Origin: Polyangiaceae bacterium
GTDB lineage: Bacteria; Myxococcota_A; Polyangia; Polyangiales; Polyangiaceae
DNA length: 41,142 bases
Assembly: GCA_035063585.1 (NCBI GenBank)
Contig: JAPSGB010000039.1
Location: forward strand, 1 to 41,142
Direction of reading: 5' to 3'
The notes below the pieces were generated by a model. The model saw only the letters and a program-made list of their open reading frames with translations, had not been told where the DNA came from and did no database searches. Every line of letters starts with the position of its first letter. Position 1 is the first letter of the stretch. Positions 1-8,915 of this stretch are shown piece after piece. A program made the position numbers and the translations under genes.

Positions 1-131
1 GGGCCTCGTACACCGAAAACCCGTCCAAGAGGATCTGGACCGGCGGCTGCTTGCACGCGCTCAACCCCAGGGCGAAGAGCAGCAGCAAGAACAGACCGCT
101 ACCGCCGAGAGCCGAGAGCCGTTCGGTACAT
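1..131 (-). pseudogene. 5' end of a lipoprotein gene running off the left edge, frameshifted by a 7-bp tandem duplication
   Basis: ATG at 131 follows AAGGGGG and reads MYRTALGSRR-stop. Deleting one copy of the 7-mer in 104-121 gives MYRTALGGSGLFLLLLFALGLSAC-KQPPVQILL, a signal peptide with lipobox LSAC. Confidence 0.6.
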
Positions 132-154
132 CGAGTGTGTCCCCCTTGGATCCG

Positions 155-184
155 CGAATAACATTGCCGGTGATTCCTTGTCAA
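155..184 (-). promoter_or_regulatory. sigma70-type promoter for the leftward lipoprotein gene
   Basis: Perfect TTGACA on the minus strand at 179-184. An imperfect TGtTATTCG -10 region lies 17-18 nt downstream. Confidence 0.4.
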
Positions 185-380
185 CCGCCATCGGGGCGGC
201 TTCCGACACGATGGGCGCCCGCACGTCGGGTCTGGTTCCGTATGGAACCTTGGTCCTGGCACGGGACCCGCTCTGCACTGGAACCGCTCCGGCTGCTGGT
301 CCGCCTCGCGCGCGCCTGCGCGGCGGGTCCGGCGAGCTCGACCCGCCGCGTGCATCGAGACCGCGCGCCGCGCTCGGCGC

Positions 381-404
381 GTGGTTCCGCGCCGAGCCGA
401 CCCC
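381..404 (-). repeat. degenerate copy of the dispersed ~26-bp repeat
   Basis: Minus strand reads GGGGTCGGCTCGGCGCGGAACCAC; the CGGCGCGGAACC core matches the consensus. Confidence 0.4.
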
Positions 405-459
405 CATCAGCCCGACGAGCCGTCGCTCCTGCGGCCGACTCACGCTGCTGGCCACGCGC

Positions 460-830
460 TGACAGCGGACGACTCGGAGCTGCAGTGCGCGCAACGCGTC
501 GCGGCCGGAGCCACGCTCCATTCGAGGAAGGGGCAGGGCTTGGTCGTGACCGCGGCTGATGGTGCGGGGCGCAGCTCCCGAAAACTTCGCGTGCGCCGGC
601 AACCCGGAGGAGGTCCGGAAGCACTTCGCAACCGGCGAGATGACGCTCCTCTCGCTACGCCTGGTCGGCTTCGCGCACGAGGCGGACACGAGCGGCTCGT
701 ACCTCACGACCACCTCGCGCAACGAGCTCGGCGCCAGGTAGCTCGTCGAAGCCTACCGTTTGCGCGGGCTCATGGAACTGCTCTTCCGGGAGTCGAGGCA
801 GGCCACCGACTTCGGCGGGTCCTCGCGACG
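460..830 (+). mobile_element. IS4-family DDE transposase remnant (pseudogene)
   Basis: The frame of ORF 559..741 continues past the TAG as LRLVGFAH...SYLTTTSRNELGAR*LVEAYRLRGLMELLFRESRQ. This resembles the IS4 YREK signature (Y-2-R-3-E-6-K, here R) and the upstream YLT motif. Codons are GC3-rich; there is an in-frame stop and frameshifts. Boundaries are approximate. Confidence 0.6.
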
Positions 831-879
831 TCGCGCGCCGCTCGAGTCGCGCCGGATCGCGCGGGCGGGTACCCTGCGA

Positions 880-1200
880 GGGGCTCGCTTCCCCGAACGG
901 TCACCGCTCCGCGGCTTTGCGCCACTGCTCGAGCTGCGACTCGTGGACGCCCTCCTCGCGCCGCCGCGCTCCCCGTTGCTCACCTCGACGTGTTGGACAG
1001 CGACGACCACGCGGAGTTGCTCAGCCGGTGTCCACCGCCGCGCGCGCGAACTCGACGGCTTGCGCGTGGCCGGGACCGTACCGGCATCGCGCAACCGTCG
1101 CGACAGGGTGGGCTGCGGAACACCGACCTCCTTGACCAGTAGCCGCCCGCCGTCATGGCGTTCGGCCCCAGCATCCTGCGCCTGCGCCGAGAATCGTCCG
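880..1200 (-). mobile_element. IS3-family OrfA (HTH) remnant, frameshifted
   Basis: Three frames join to give RMLGPNAMTA / KEVGVPQPTLSRRLRDAG...RRWTPAEQLRVV / EGVHESQLEQWRKAA, the typical IS3 OrfA pattern. No OrfB integrase domain is seen. Confidence 0.7.
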
Positions 1201-1245
1201 GGGCCTGCTTGACCCTCGCAGGGCGGAAAGCTATTTGCCGGCCCC

Positions 1246-1863
1246 ATGCAAGCTGGCCCTCTCGCCAAGATTGTCGGAGCCTTTTCGGTTGCGTGCGCGG
1301 TGTTCTTCGCGGCGCCGCTCGCCCACGCCGAGTCCAAGGTGGCGGTCGTCGACACGCAGCGCGCGGTCATGGAGACGGAGGACGGACTCCGCGCGCAAGC
1401 GACGTTGAAGAAGCTGTTCGATAGCCGCCAGCGCGAGCTCGACAAGAAGCAGGCCGATCTTCAGAAGCAGCGCGAGGACATCGAGAAGCAGCGGAGTGTG
1501 GTCAGCCAGGAGGCGCTCCAGAAGCGGCTAGAGACCTGGCAGCGCGACATGGTCCAACTCCAGACGGTGTTCGTCGATTACAATAAGGAACTCCAGAAGA
1601 AGCAGGGCGAGCTCACGCAGCCCATCTTCCAGAAGGCGATGGGCGTGATTCGCCGCCTGGCGTCACAAGAGGGCTACGACGTGGTCGTCGACAAGCAGGC
1701 CGTCCCGTATGTGCGGAGCGACCTCGACCTCACCGATCGCGTGATCCAGCTCTACAATCAGGGCGCAGGCAGCACCTCGGAAGAGGGGGCGAGCAAGCCC
1801 GCCGGAAAGCCTGCGGCCGCCAAGCCGGCTCCCTCCGGCGCCCCCGCGAAGCCGGCCCCGTGA
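1246..1863 (+). CDS. skp: OmpH/Skp periplasmic outer-membrane-protein chaperone
   Basis: Signal peptide (AHA/ES), KVAVVD..., long Q/K/E coiled coil, GYDVVVDK..VPYV..DLDLTD; sits upstream of fabZ. Confidence 0.92.
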   Translation: MQAGPLAKIVGAFSVACAVFFAAPLAHAESKVAVVDTQRAVMETEDGLRAQATLKKLFDSRQRELDKKQADLQKQREDIEKQRSVVSQEALQKRLETWQRDMVQLQTVFVDYNKELQKKQGELTQPIFQKAMGVIRRLASQEGYDVVVDKQAVPYVRSDLDLTDRVIQLYNQGAGSTSEEGASKPAGKPAAAKPAPSGAPAKPAP

Positions 1864-1908
1864 TGCTCTAGCGCGGGCGCGCCGGCCCATCGCGTGTAGA
1901 GTCGAGTC

Positions 1909-2370
1909 ATGGCCACTCGTCGCACGGTCAAGATCGAGATCCCGAAGATCCTCGAAATCTTGCCGCACCGCTACCCGTTCGTGCTCGTCGATCGGGTGAC
2001 GGACGTCGTGCCTGGCGAGCGCATCCAGGCGCACAAGATGGTGAGCTACAACGAGCCGTGGGCGCAGGGGCATTTCCCGGGCCGCCCCATCATGCCCGGA
2101 GTCCTCATCATGGAGGCGCTCGCACAGGCCGGGGGGATCCTCGCTTACGCGTCCGAGCCCTTCGATGCCACCCGGAGCCTCATGTATTTCCTCGGGATGG
2201 ACAAGGTGAAATTCCGTAACACCGTGACACCGGGCGACCGGCTCGAGCTCATGGTCGAGGTCCTCCATCACCGCTCGAACGTCTGGCGGCTACGCGGGGA
2301 AGCCACGGTCGACGGGACGCTCTCGGCGCAGGGCGAGCTGCTCGCCAGCATCGTGGACCGCGAGGGTTGA
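1909..2370 (+). CDS. fabZ: 3-hydroxyacyl-ACP dehydratase
   Basis: LPHRYPFVLVD, GHFPGRPIMPGVLIMEALAQ and KFRNTVTPGD motifs. Confidence 0.97.
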   Translation: MATRRTVKIEIPKILEILPHRYPFVLVDRVTDVVPGERIQAHKMVSYNEPWAQGHFPGRPIMPGVLIMEALAQAGGILAYASEPFDATRSLMYFLGMDKVKFRNTVTPGDRLELMVEVLHHRSNVWRLRGEATVDGTLSAQGELLASIVDREG

Positions 2371-2541
2371 GCCTCCAAGTCACCGAGCGCGATTCCCCTA
2401 CAGGGTTCACGCGGTGACCGCCTGGGCGCGCGCCTGCCAACGTCGGTTGGCTCACCCGCCAACGGAGTTGCCACGGGCCCGGCTGGAATCCCACGGAACA
2501 CCAGGCCGTGGGCGCGCACGGCGCTTGCATCCTCGAGGCTC

Positions 2542-3771
2542 GTGCCAACGCGGTTCCTCCCTGTGCTCGTCGCCTTCGCCTGCTCGGCTCCCCTGCCCGG
2601 CGGTGAGGTCGACGGCGCGGTCACGCAGCGCGAGTGGCAGTGGTGGAGCTCGTCGCAAGCGGTCGGGATGGTGGTCGTCGCCGACGACGCCCCGACGCCA
2701 GAGGCCGAGGCGCTTCGCGCGACCCTCCGCGAGGCGCTCGCGGGTGCGGCGCTCCGGGCAGCGGGAGAGTGCCTTCACGGCTGGGAGCCCACCACCTGGC
2801 GCGCCATCGACGTCCGCGCGGTCGTCGTCGCTCCCTCGATCACGGCGAAGCCGCGCCCGGTCGGACCGAGCGACGACCCTGCGCTCGCCTGGAGCTCTGC
2901 GGACGCAACGTACCCGCAGCGCGCCGCGTTCACCGCAAACCTCGGCGCGGCCTTGGACACGCCAGCTCCTCCCGGCGCCCGTTACGAGCCGCTCGTGGCA
3001 GCCGTCGACACGGCTCGGCTCTTGCGCGGGGAGCGAGCGCCAGCGGACGCGAGGGAAGCGGCGCTCCGCGCGAGCCTCGCTGGGATCGATGCCCTCTGGA
3101 TCCTGGTCGCTTCGCTCCGCGATGATGAGGGGTCGTACTCGCCCGAATCGCTCGAGGTCCTCCCGACCGACGGAGAGCGGGTCTGGACCCTGACTCAGCG
3201 GATCGCGCGCGGCGCCGGCGGCGGGTCGAGCGCCGGCTGCGTGGCGGATGTCGTAGCGGCGGCGCGCCTCTCCCGCTGGCCGACGACGGAGGAGGTCATC
3301 GGCTGGCCATGCGGCGCTGCGGAGCTCGAACGTGAGCTCTTCCCCGCGCTCCAGTCGTGCAACTTACCGCCGCGCTGGGCCTGCGCCTCGCGCCCGGTGC
3401 TGGTCGACGCCGACGGACGCGCAGAGTGCACCGCGACGGTCGCGACGACCGATCCGCTCGGCTGCGACCCGGCGCGTGGCTGGCTCGATCCGCTCGGCCA
3501 GGACGGCGTCCGGCGACCGCGTATAGTCGACTCCGAGGGTGGCCCGGCGCGCCTCTGCGAGATCGTCGAGCTCGCGGGTGCCGCGCGCGTCGCCTGTCAG
3601 ACCGATCCGGACTGCCCCGGGTGCGGCAGCGGCTTCTGCGGCGGGTCGACGGTGAACCGTCTCGATGCGTGCGGGCCGGGCGCGCGCCCGAGCGGCCTCC
3701 GCTTCGTGGGCGGCGCCGCTGGCGCGGGCGTGCGCGGACACTTCACGATCCGCTGCACGCTCGCGCCTTGA
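2542..3771 (+). CDS. Cys-rich exported/lipoprotein, possibly a degenerate myxobacterial vWA-like protein
   Basis: GTG start; hydrophobic N-terminus with AFAC lipobox-like motif; Cys-rich C-terminal half; GC3-rich codons. Confidence 0.65.
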   Translation: MPTRFLPVLVAFACSAPLPGGEVDGAVTQREWQWWSSSQAVGMVVVADDAPTPEAEALRATLREALAGAALRAAGECLHGWEPTTWRAIDVRAVVVAPSITAKPRPVGPSDDPALAWSSADATYPQRAAFTANLGAALDTPAPPGARYEPLVAAVDTARLLRGERAPADAREAALRASLAGIDALWILVASLRDDEGSYSPESLEVLPTDGERVWTLTQRIARGAGGGSSAGCVADVVAAARLSRWPTTEEVIGWPCGAAELERELFPALQSCNLPPRWACASRPVLVDADGRAECTATVATTDPLGCDPARGWLDPLGQDGVRRPRIVDSEGGPARLCEIVELAGAARVACQTDPDCPGCGSGFCGGSTVNRLDACGPGARPSGLRFVGGAAGAGVRGHFTIRCTLAP

Positions 3772-3789
3772 CGATGCCGCGGGCGCCGC

Positions 3790-4030
3790 AGTTGGGCGGC
3801 GCTGCCCACCTTGTCCGATTTCGAGGGTGCCGGTCCGGCGCGGTATCCCGGGTGGCGGTGCCGCGCCCGCCGTTCCCGCGGCCGCCCGCGGTTCGGAGTC
3901 TCCCCTCGGGCGCCGTCGCGTCAAGCTGCTCGCGGCCGGGGCGCCCCTCGGATGCCGGTCTTCGTTTCGTGGGCGGCGCGCGAAGTGAATCGGCGGGCGA
4001 CGTGCGCGCTTGCCTGCCGTTGCCTCCAAG
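3790..4030 (+). pseudogene. decayed fragment resembling the C-terminus of the upstream Cys-rich protein
   Basis: One frame reads CSRPGRPSDAGLRFVGGARSESAGDVRAC, versus CGPGARPSGLRFVGGAAGAG...IRC in 2542..3771. Confidence 0.45.
3825..3850 (+). repeat. dispersed ~26-bp repeat copy
   Basis: GGGTGCCGGTCCGGCGCGG (19 nt) is identical to the consensus, then the copy diverges. Confidence 0.7.
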
Positions 4031-4064
4031 GCGACGCGCGAGTGTGCAGGGCCGCTCGGTGCGC

Positions 4065-5042
4065 TCAAACCCACTGCATGGTGCGCGCCCACTCGATCGT
4101 CGCCGTGATCACGTCTTCCGCCCCACGCGGCTCGAACCCGAGCTCCGCGCGTGCCTTGTCGATTCGGAAGAGCGGCGCTCCGCCACCTGCGTCATCCAGC
4201 AGCGCGCGCGTGAGCATCGGCGCCTTGCCGGTGACTGCGGAGGTCGCCTCGGCGACGGCCGCGACCGCACGGAGCACCCAGCCGGGGGGCAGCCCCTGCT
4301 TCGGACGCTTCGCCGTGTGCTTCTCGATGAGCGAGGCGATGGTCTCCGTGTCCGCGTTGTCCCCACCGAGGAGGTAGCGCTCGCCCCGGCCACCTCGCTC
4401 GGCGGCGAGACGATGCCCTCGGGCCACGTCGCGCACGTCCACGAGGTTCATCGGGAACGGCACCGGGCCCCTGCCACGGAGCACGTCGACGAAGGGGGCC
4501 GTCGTCGGCGTCATCCGGAAGTCGAGCGGGCCGAGCACGGCGGTCGGCAGCACGGTCACGACGTCGAGGTCGAGCGCGCCGGCGAGCTCACGTGCGCGAA
4601 GCTCCTGCTCGCGCTTGGCGCGCATGTAGGGGGAGGCGGCCCGCTCTCGCCACGAGGTCTCGTCGAGCGGCTCGCCGCAGGTGAACCCGACGGCGTTACA
4701 GCTCCCGGTGACGACGGCGCGCTCGACACCGTGCGCCTTCGCGGCGCGGAGGACCGTGTCGGTGCCGCGCACGGCGGGGCCGACGATCGTCTCCCCGTCG
4801 CGCGCCCAGACGACGTACGGCGCCGCGAGGTGGAACAGATGCGTCACGCCGGCCATCGCGCGCCCGACCGCCTCGGCATCGAGGACGTCGCCGCGCACGA
4901 GCTCGAGGTTCACCCCCGCGAGGCCCCGCAGATCGGCTCCTTCGCGCACGAACCCGACGACCGCGTAGTCGTGCGCGAGCAGCTCTCGAACGAGGTTCGC
5001 GCCGATGTGCCCGTTCGCGCCGGTGACGAGTGCCTTCTTCAT
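4065..5042 (-). CDS. NAD-dependent epimerase/dehydratase (extended SDR; dihydroflavonol-reductase/HpnA-like)
   Basis: LVTGANGHIG Rossmann motif, HLAA, YMRAK (YxxxK), VDVRDVARGH, GERYLLGG and ARAELGF. Confidence 0.92.
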   Translation of the reverse strand: MKKALVTGANGHIGANLVRELLAHDYAVVGFVREGADLRGLAGVNLELVRGDVLDAEAVGRAMAGVTHLFHLAAPYVVWARDGETIVGPAVRGTDTVLRAAKAHGVERAVVTGSCNAVGFTCGEPLDETSWRERAASPYMRAKREQELRARELAGALDLDVVTVLPTAVLGPLDFRMTPTTAPFVDVLRGRGPVPFPMNLVDVRDVARGHRLAAERGGRGERYLLGGDNADTETIASLIEKHTAKRPKQGLPPGWVLRAVAAVAEATSAVTGKAPMLTRALLDDAGGGAPLFRIDKARAELGFEPRGAEDVITATIEWARTMQWV

Positions 5043-5057
5043 GGTACCACGGACACG

Positions 5058-5073
5058 AGCAAGCGAGATGCCA
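5058..5073 (-). promoter_or_regulatory. sigma54 (-24/-12) promoter of the epimerase gene
   Basis: TGGCATCTCGCTTGCT matches TGGCAY-N5-TTGCW with exact GG-N10-GC spacing; it ends 15 nt before the ATG. Confidence 0.8.
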
Positions 5074-5234
5074 CGTGAGCCTTCCGGGGAGATGTGCGAG
5101 GACTGTGGCTTCGCAGGCAACATGCACGCGCCGATGCGGTTGCTCGCGCGTCGACACGCCTCGGGCGCGATCGTGATTTTTCGGTTGGCCCGCCGCTAGC
5201 AAAGGCCCCGTCGATGATCGACAATGCCGGGTGC

Positions 5235-8200
5235 ATGGAGCCCGGGGACGTCGTGGGGGAGCGCTTCGTCGTCGAGGCGCGGGCCGGCAGCGGCGGCATG
5301 GGGGCCGTCTACCGTGCCCGCGACGGCGACCGCGCGGTGGCGCTCAAGGTGATGGCGGACGACGGGAGCGACGCGCGGTTCGGTCAGGAGGCGCGGGTGC
5401 TCGCCGAGCTCGATCACCCGGCGATCGTCCGCTACCTCGCACACGGCCGTACCTGCGACGGCCGGCCGTATCTGGCGATGGAATGGCTCGACGGCGAGGA
5501 TCTCGGGGCGCGGCTCGCGCGCGCGAAGCTCGGCGTCGACGAGGCGCGCACCGCACTGCGCCGCGCGTGCGAAGCGCTGGCCGTCGCGCATGCGCGCGGC
5601 ATCGTGCATCGTGACATCAAGCCGCGGAACCTGTTCCTGCCGGACGGCGACCCGTCGCGCCTCAAGGTGCTCGACTTCGGGATCGCGCGCATGCGCAGCG
5701 GCCTGGTCGACGACGCAACCGTCGTCCCCACGACACACACGGGCATGGTCATCGGCACGGTCGGTTACATGTCGCCCGAGCAGGCGCGCGGCCGGCGCGA
5801 CGTCGATGCGCGCACGGACGTCTTCGCGCTCGGCTGCGTGCTCTTCGAGTGCCTCACCGGTAAGCCGGCGTTCGCAGGAGCGAACGCGATTGCCGTCCTC
5901 GCCAAGGTGCTGCTCGAGGGGGCGCCGCGGGCGCGCGAGATCGAGCCGGCGGTTCCCGTGCAGCTCGACGAGCTGGTCGCGCGCATGCTCGTCAAGGAGC
6001 TCGACAGCCGGCCACGTGACGCGACCGCCGTGCTGCGCGCGCTCGACGCGAGCGAACCAGCCCGCTCGGTCTCGTCGTCCGGCGGCCTCGGCGATGGCGA
6101 GAACCGCCTCGTGACCATCCTGCTCGCGCGAGGCCTCGAGCGCGGGCTCGACGGTGCGGTGCGGCTCGGGGACGGAGCGCAGCTCGTCGAGTTCGACGGC
6201 ATCGACCCGGTGACGCACGCCGCCGCATCCGCGCTCGAGCTCGCGCGCAAACACCGGGGCGCCTCGCTGGCGATCGCGACCGGGCGCGCGGCGAGCCCTC
6301 GTTCGGGTGCGTACGGCCCCATCATCGATCGGGTCGCTTCGCTCGACGCGCGCGCCGGAGCCGTGGCGATCGACGGCGTGTCGGCGGCGCTCCTCGGCGA
6401 TCGGTTCGAGGTCAAAGAGGGGCTCCTCGTCGGCGCGTCCCGCGCCGCCACGGCCCCGCGCACGCTCCTCGGGAAACGGACTCCATACGTGGGGCGCGAC
6501 AAGGAGCTCGCGCTGCTCGAGGCGACCTTCCACGAGTGCGTCGCGGACTCCGTCTCGCGCGGCGTCCTCGTCACCGGCGCACCGGGCACCGGAAAGTCCC
6601 GGCTCATGCACGAGCTGCTCGCGCGCGTCCGCGACGGTGCCACCGTCCTCGTCGCGCGGGGCGATCCGATCGGTGCGGGCTCGGCGCTTGGGCTCGCGCG
6701 GCAGCTCGTCGAGAGCGCGGCGCATCTTCACGACCTCGGCGATGCCCGCGCACGGCACGACCGCCTTCGGGCACACCTGGAGACGTACTTCGCGGACGAG
6801 ACGCTCGAGCGGATCCTCGAGATGCTCGGCGAGCTCGTGGACGCCCCGTCCCCTTCGCCGAGCGCCGAGCTCCGCGCGGCCCGCGATGACGCCCGTGCGT
6901 TCGCGGGCTGGCTCGCACGCGCCTTCGCCGACTGGATCGCCGCGTTGAGCGACGCAGGACCGCTCCTCTGCGTCGTCGACGACCTGCACTGGGGCGGTGG
7001 CGCGAGCCTCGCGTACCTCGACGACGCGCTCCGGGCGAACGCCGCGCGACCCTTGATGGTGCTCGCGCTGGCCCGGCCCGAGGTCCACGACCTGTTCCCG
7101 AGCCTGTGGACGCGGGCGGAGCTCTCGGAAATCAAGCTCCAGAGCCTCACCAAGCGCGCCGCGGAGCGGCTGGTCACGAGCGTCCTCGGTCCGACCGACG
7201 ACCCGACCACGGCGCGGATCGTCGAGCGCTCGGAAGGGAACGCGTTCCACCTCGAGGAGCTCATCCGACACGTCGCCGCGCAGGGCGCAGACTCGCTCCC
7301 CGACACGGTGCTCGCGCTCGCGGAGGCGCGGCTCGCGCGACTCGAGCACGATGCGCGTCGCTTCCTCCGCGTCGCGAGCGTCTTCGGTGAGACGTTCTGG
7401 GACGCGGGTGTCTACGAGCTGCTCGGGCATCCGGCGCCCGCCGACCTGCTCCCGCGCCTCGTCGGCGCAGAGCTCGTCGTCCTCGGCGACGCCGGGGAGC
7501 ACGTCCGCGAGTGCCGGTTTCGGCACGGCCTCTTGCGCGACGCGGCGTACGCCATGCTGACCGACGAGGATCGCGCGGCGCTCCACCTCGCGGCCGGCCG
7601 CTGGCTCGACCGGGCCGGCCGACAAGACGCGCTCGTCGTCGCGGAGCACTTCGAACGCGGCGGGGCGCCGTCGTGCGCGGCGCCGTTCCTGCTCCGCGCG
7701 ACGGAGCAAGCCGTACAGTCGATGGACTTCGCGAGCGCGCTCACCCTCGCGGAGCGGGGCATTCGCTGCGGCGCCGCCGGGGAGGTCCTGGGCCGGCTCC
7801 GCTGCGCCGAGGCGCTCGCGGCGGCGGGGACCGGCGCGCACGCCCGCGCGGCGACGGCCGCGAAGGTGGCGTATCGTCTGCTGCCGCCGCAGTCGCCGCA
7901 CTGGTACGTGGCCGGTGCGCATGCGCTCGCCTCCGGCGCCTGCGTCGGCGACGTCGAGCTCGCACCGGCCATCATCCAAGATCTGCTGACCACGGAGCCC
8001 GAACGGCCGACGGCGCCGTACGGGATCGCCATCATGGTCGCCTGCGACATCCTCGACGGCGTCGGCCATCACGAGGCGGCCGAGCGCCTGATGGATCGTG
8101 CGCTCGAGCTGGCCGGTGCGTCGACGGACTCGACCTTTTGCGCGTACGTGGCGTACGGGCGCACGGCCCTCGAGTGGCGACGCGATCGCCCGCTCGGCGA

Positions 8201-8915
8201 TCTGATGGCGCGAGTCGCGCAGCTCACGCCGCTCGTCGAGAGCGTGCGCGACGCCGTCGCGTCGAACCTCATCGCCTTCGGTCAGGGCGTCGTCTGCGCC
8301 GACGCCGGCGACATCGCGAGCGGGAGGCGCTTGCTCCTCGCCGCACACGAGGGCGCAGGCGAAGCGCCGATCTTCGCGTCGTGGTGCGCCGTCCACCTCG
8401 CGTGGTGCGACATCGCTGACAGGCAGTACTCGGGCGCGCTCGCGTGGGCGAAGAAGGCGTTCGCGCTCGATCCACGCCATGCGTTCGCCGTCGCCGCGTA
8501 CGCGCAGCTCGCGAGCGGTGACTCGGCCGCGGCGGAGGCTTCGATCGCCCAAGCGCTGGAGGGGATCGACGACGCGTTCGTGACGCCCTTCGTCCAGGCC
8601 ATCGCCCACGCGGTCGCAGCCCGCATCGCCCTCGCTGCGGGGCGGCGCGACGACGCCCGGAAGCTCGCGCACCTCGCCGCGCGGTGCGAGCTCGGCCCAC
8701 CGTTCGTCCGTTCGCTCGTCAGCATGACGCTGATCGACGCCGTGCGGGAGCACGGGGAGGACGTCGGCCCCCTCGTCTCGGCGTTCGTCGAGCGAGTCGA
8801 GAGGCACGCGCGCTCGCTGCCGCCTCGCCTCGCGGAATCCTACCGCCGCCTCCCGGACCACGCTCGCCTCCTCGAGCTCGGTGAGCGCCTTCGGAAGGGG
8901 GGCACCGCCGCATGA
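5235..8915 (+). CDS. Ser/Thr protein kinase fused to a STAND-type (AAA_16) P-loop ATPase and a TPR-like helical C-terminus
   Basis: Kinase motifs GSGGMGAVY, VALK, HRDIKPRN, DFG and YMSPE. ATPase motifs YVGRDKEL, Walker A GAPGTGKS, Walker B VVDDLHW and GNAFHLEE. Confidence 0.93.
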   Translation: MEPGDVVGERFVVEARAGSGGMGAVYRARDGDRAVALKVMADDGSDARFGQEARVLAELDHPAIVRYLAHGRTCDGRPYLAMEWLDGEDLGARLARAKLGVDEARTALRRACEALAVAHARGIVHRDIKPRNLFLPDGDPSRLKVLDFGIARMRSGLVDDATVVPTTHTGMVIGTVGYMSPEQARGRRDVDARTDVFALGCVLFECLTGKPAFAGANAIAVLAKVLLEGAPRAREIEPAVPVQLDELVARMLVKELDSRPRDATAVLRALDASEPARSVSSSGGLGDGENRLVTILLARGLERGLDGAVRLGDGAQLVEFDGIDPVTHAAASALELARKHRGASLAIATGRAASPRSGAYGPIIDRVASLDARAGAVAIDGVSAALLGDRFEVKEGLLVGASRAATAPRTLLGKRTPYVGRDKELALLEATFHECVADSVSRGVLVTGAPGTGKSRLMHELLARVRDGATVLVARGDPIGAGSALGLARQLVESAAHLHDLGDARARHDRLRAHLETYFADETLERILEMLGELVDAPSPSPSAELRAARDDARAFAGWLARAFADWIAALSDAGPLLCVVDDLHWGGGASLAYLDDALRANAARPLMVLALARPEVHDLFPSLWTRAELSEIKLQSLTKRAAERLVTSVLGPTDDPTTARIVERSEGNAFHLEELIRHVAAQGADSLPDTVLALAEARLARLEHDARRFLRVASVFGETFWDAGVYELLGHPAPADLLPRLVGAELVVLGDAGEHVRECRFRHGLLRDAAYAMLTDEDRAALHLAAGRWLDRAGRQDALVVAEHFERGGAPSCAAPFLLRATEQAVQSMDFASALTLAERGIRCGAAGEVLGRLRCAEALAAAGTGAHARAATAAKVAYRLLPPQSPHWYVAGAHALASGACVGDVELAPAIIQDLLTTEPERPTAPYGIAIMVACDILDGVGHHEAAERLMDRALELAGASTDSTFCAYVAYGRTALEWRRDRPLGDLMARVAQLTPLVESVRDAVASNLIAFGQGVVCADAGDIASGRRLLLAAHEGAGEAPIFASWCAVHLAWCDIADRQYSGALAWAKKAFALDPRHAFAVAAYAQLASGDSAAAEASIAQALEGIDDAFVTPFVQAIAHAVAARIALAAGRRDDARKLAHLAARCELGPPFVRSLVSMTLIDAVREHGEDVGPLVSAFVERVERHARSLPPRLAESYRRLPDHARLLELGERLRKGGTAA

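Noticed and set aside
559..741. Standalone 60-aa protein or RdgC-like fragment
   Set aside because: Better explained as part of the interrupted IS4-like frame that continues past the TAG.
2515..2529. Possible sigma54 promoter CGCACGGCGCTTGCA before the Cys-rich gene
   Set aside because: The invariant -24 GG is CG, so it is not called as functional.
5196..8861. Very long antisense or alternate-frame ORFs (e.g. 5196..8861 -, 8881..10896 +, 13637..15517 +, 28443..30380 -, 32491..34710 +)
   Set aside because: They shadow motif-supported genes and have Arg/Ala/Gly-rich composition; expected from stop-codon scarcity at high GC.
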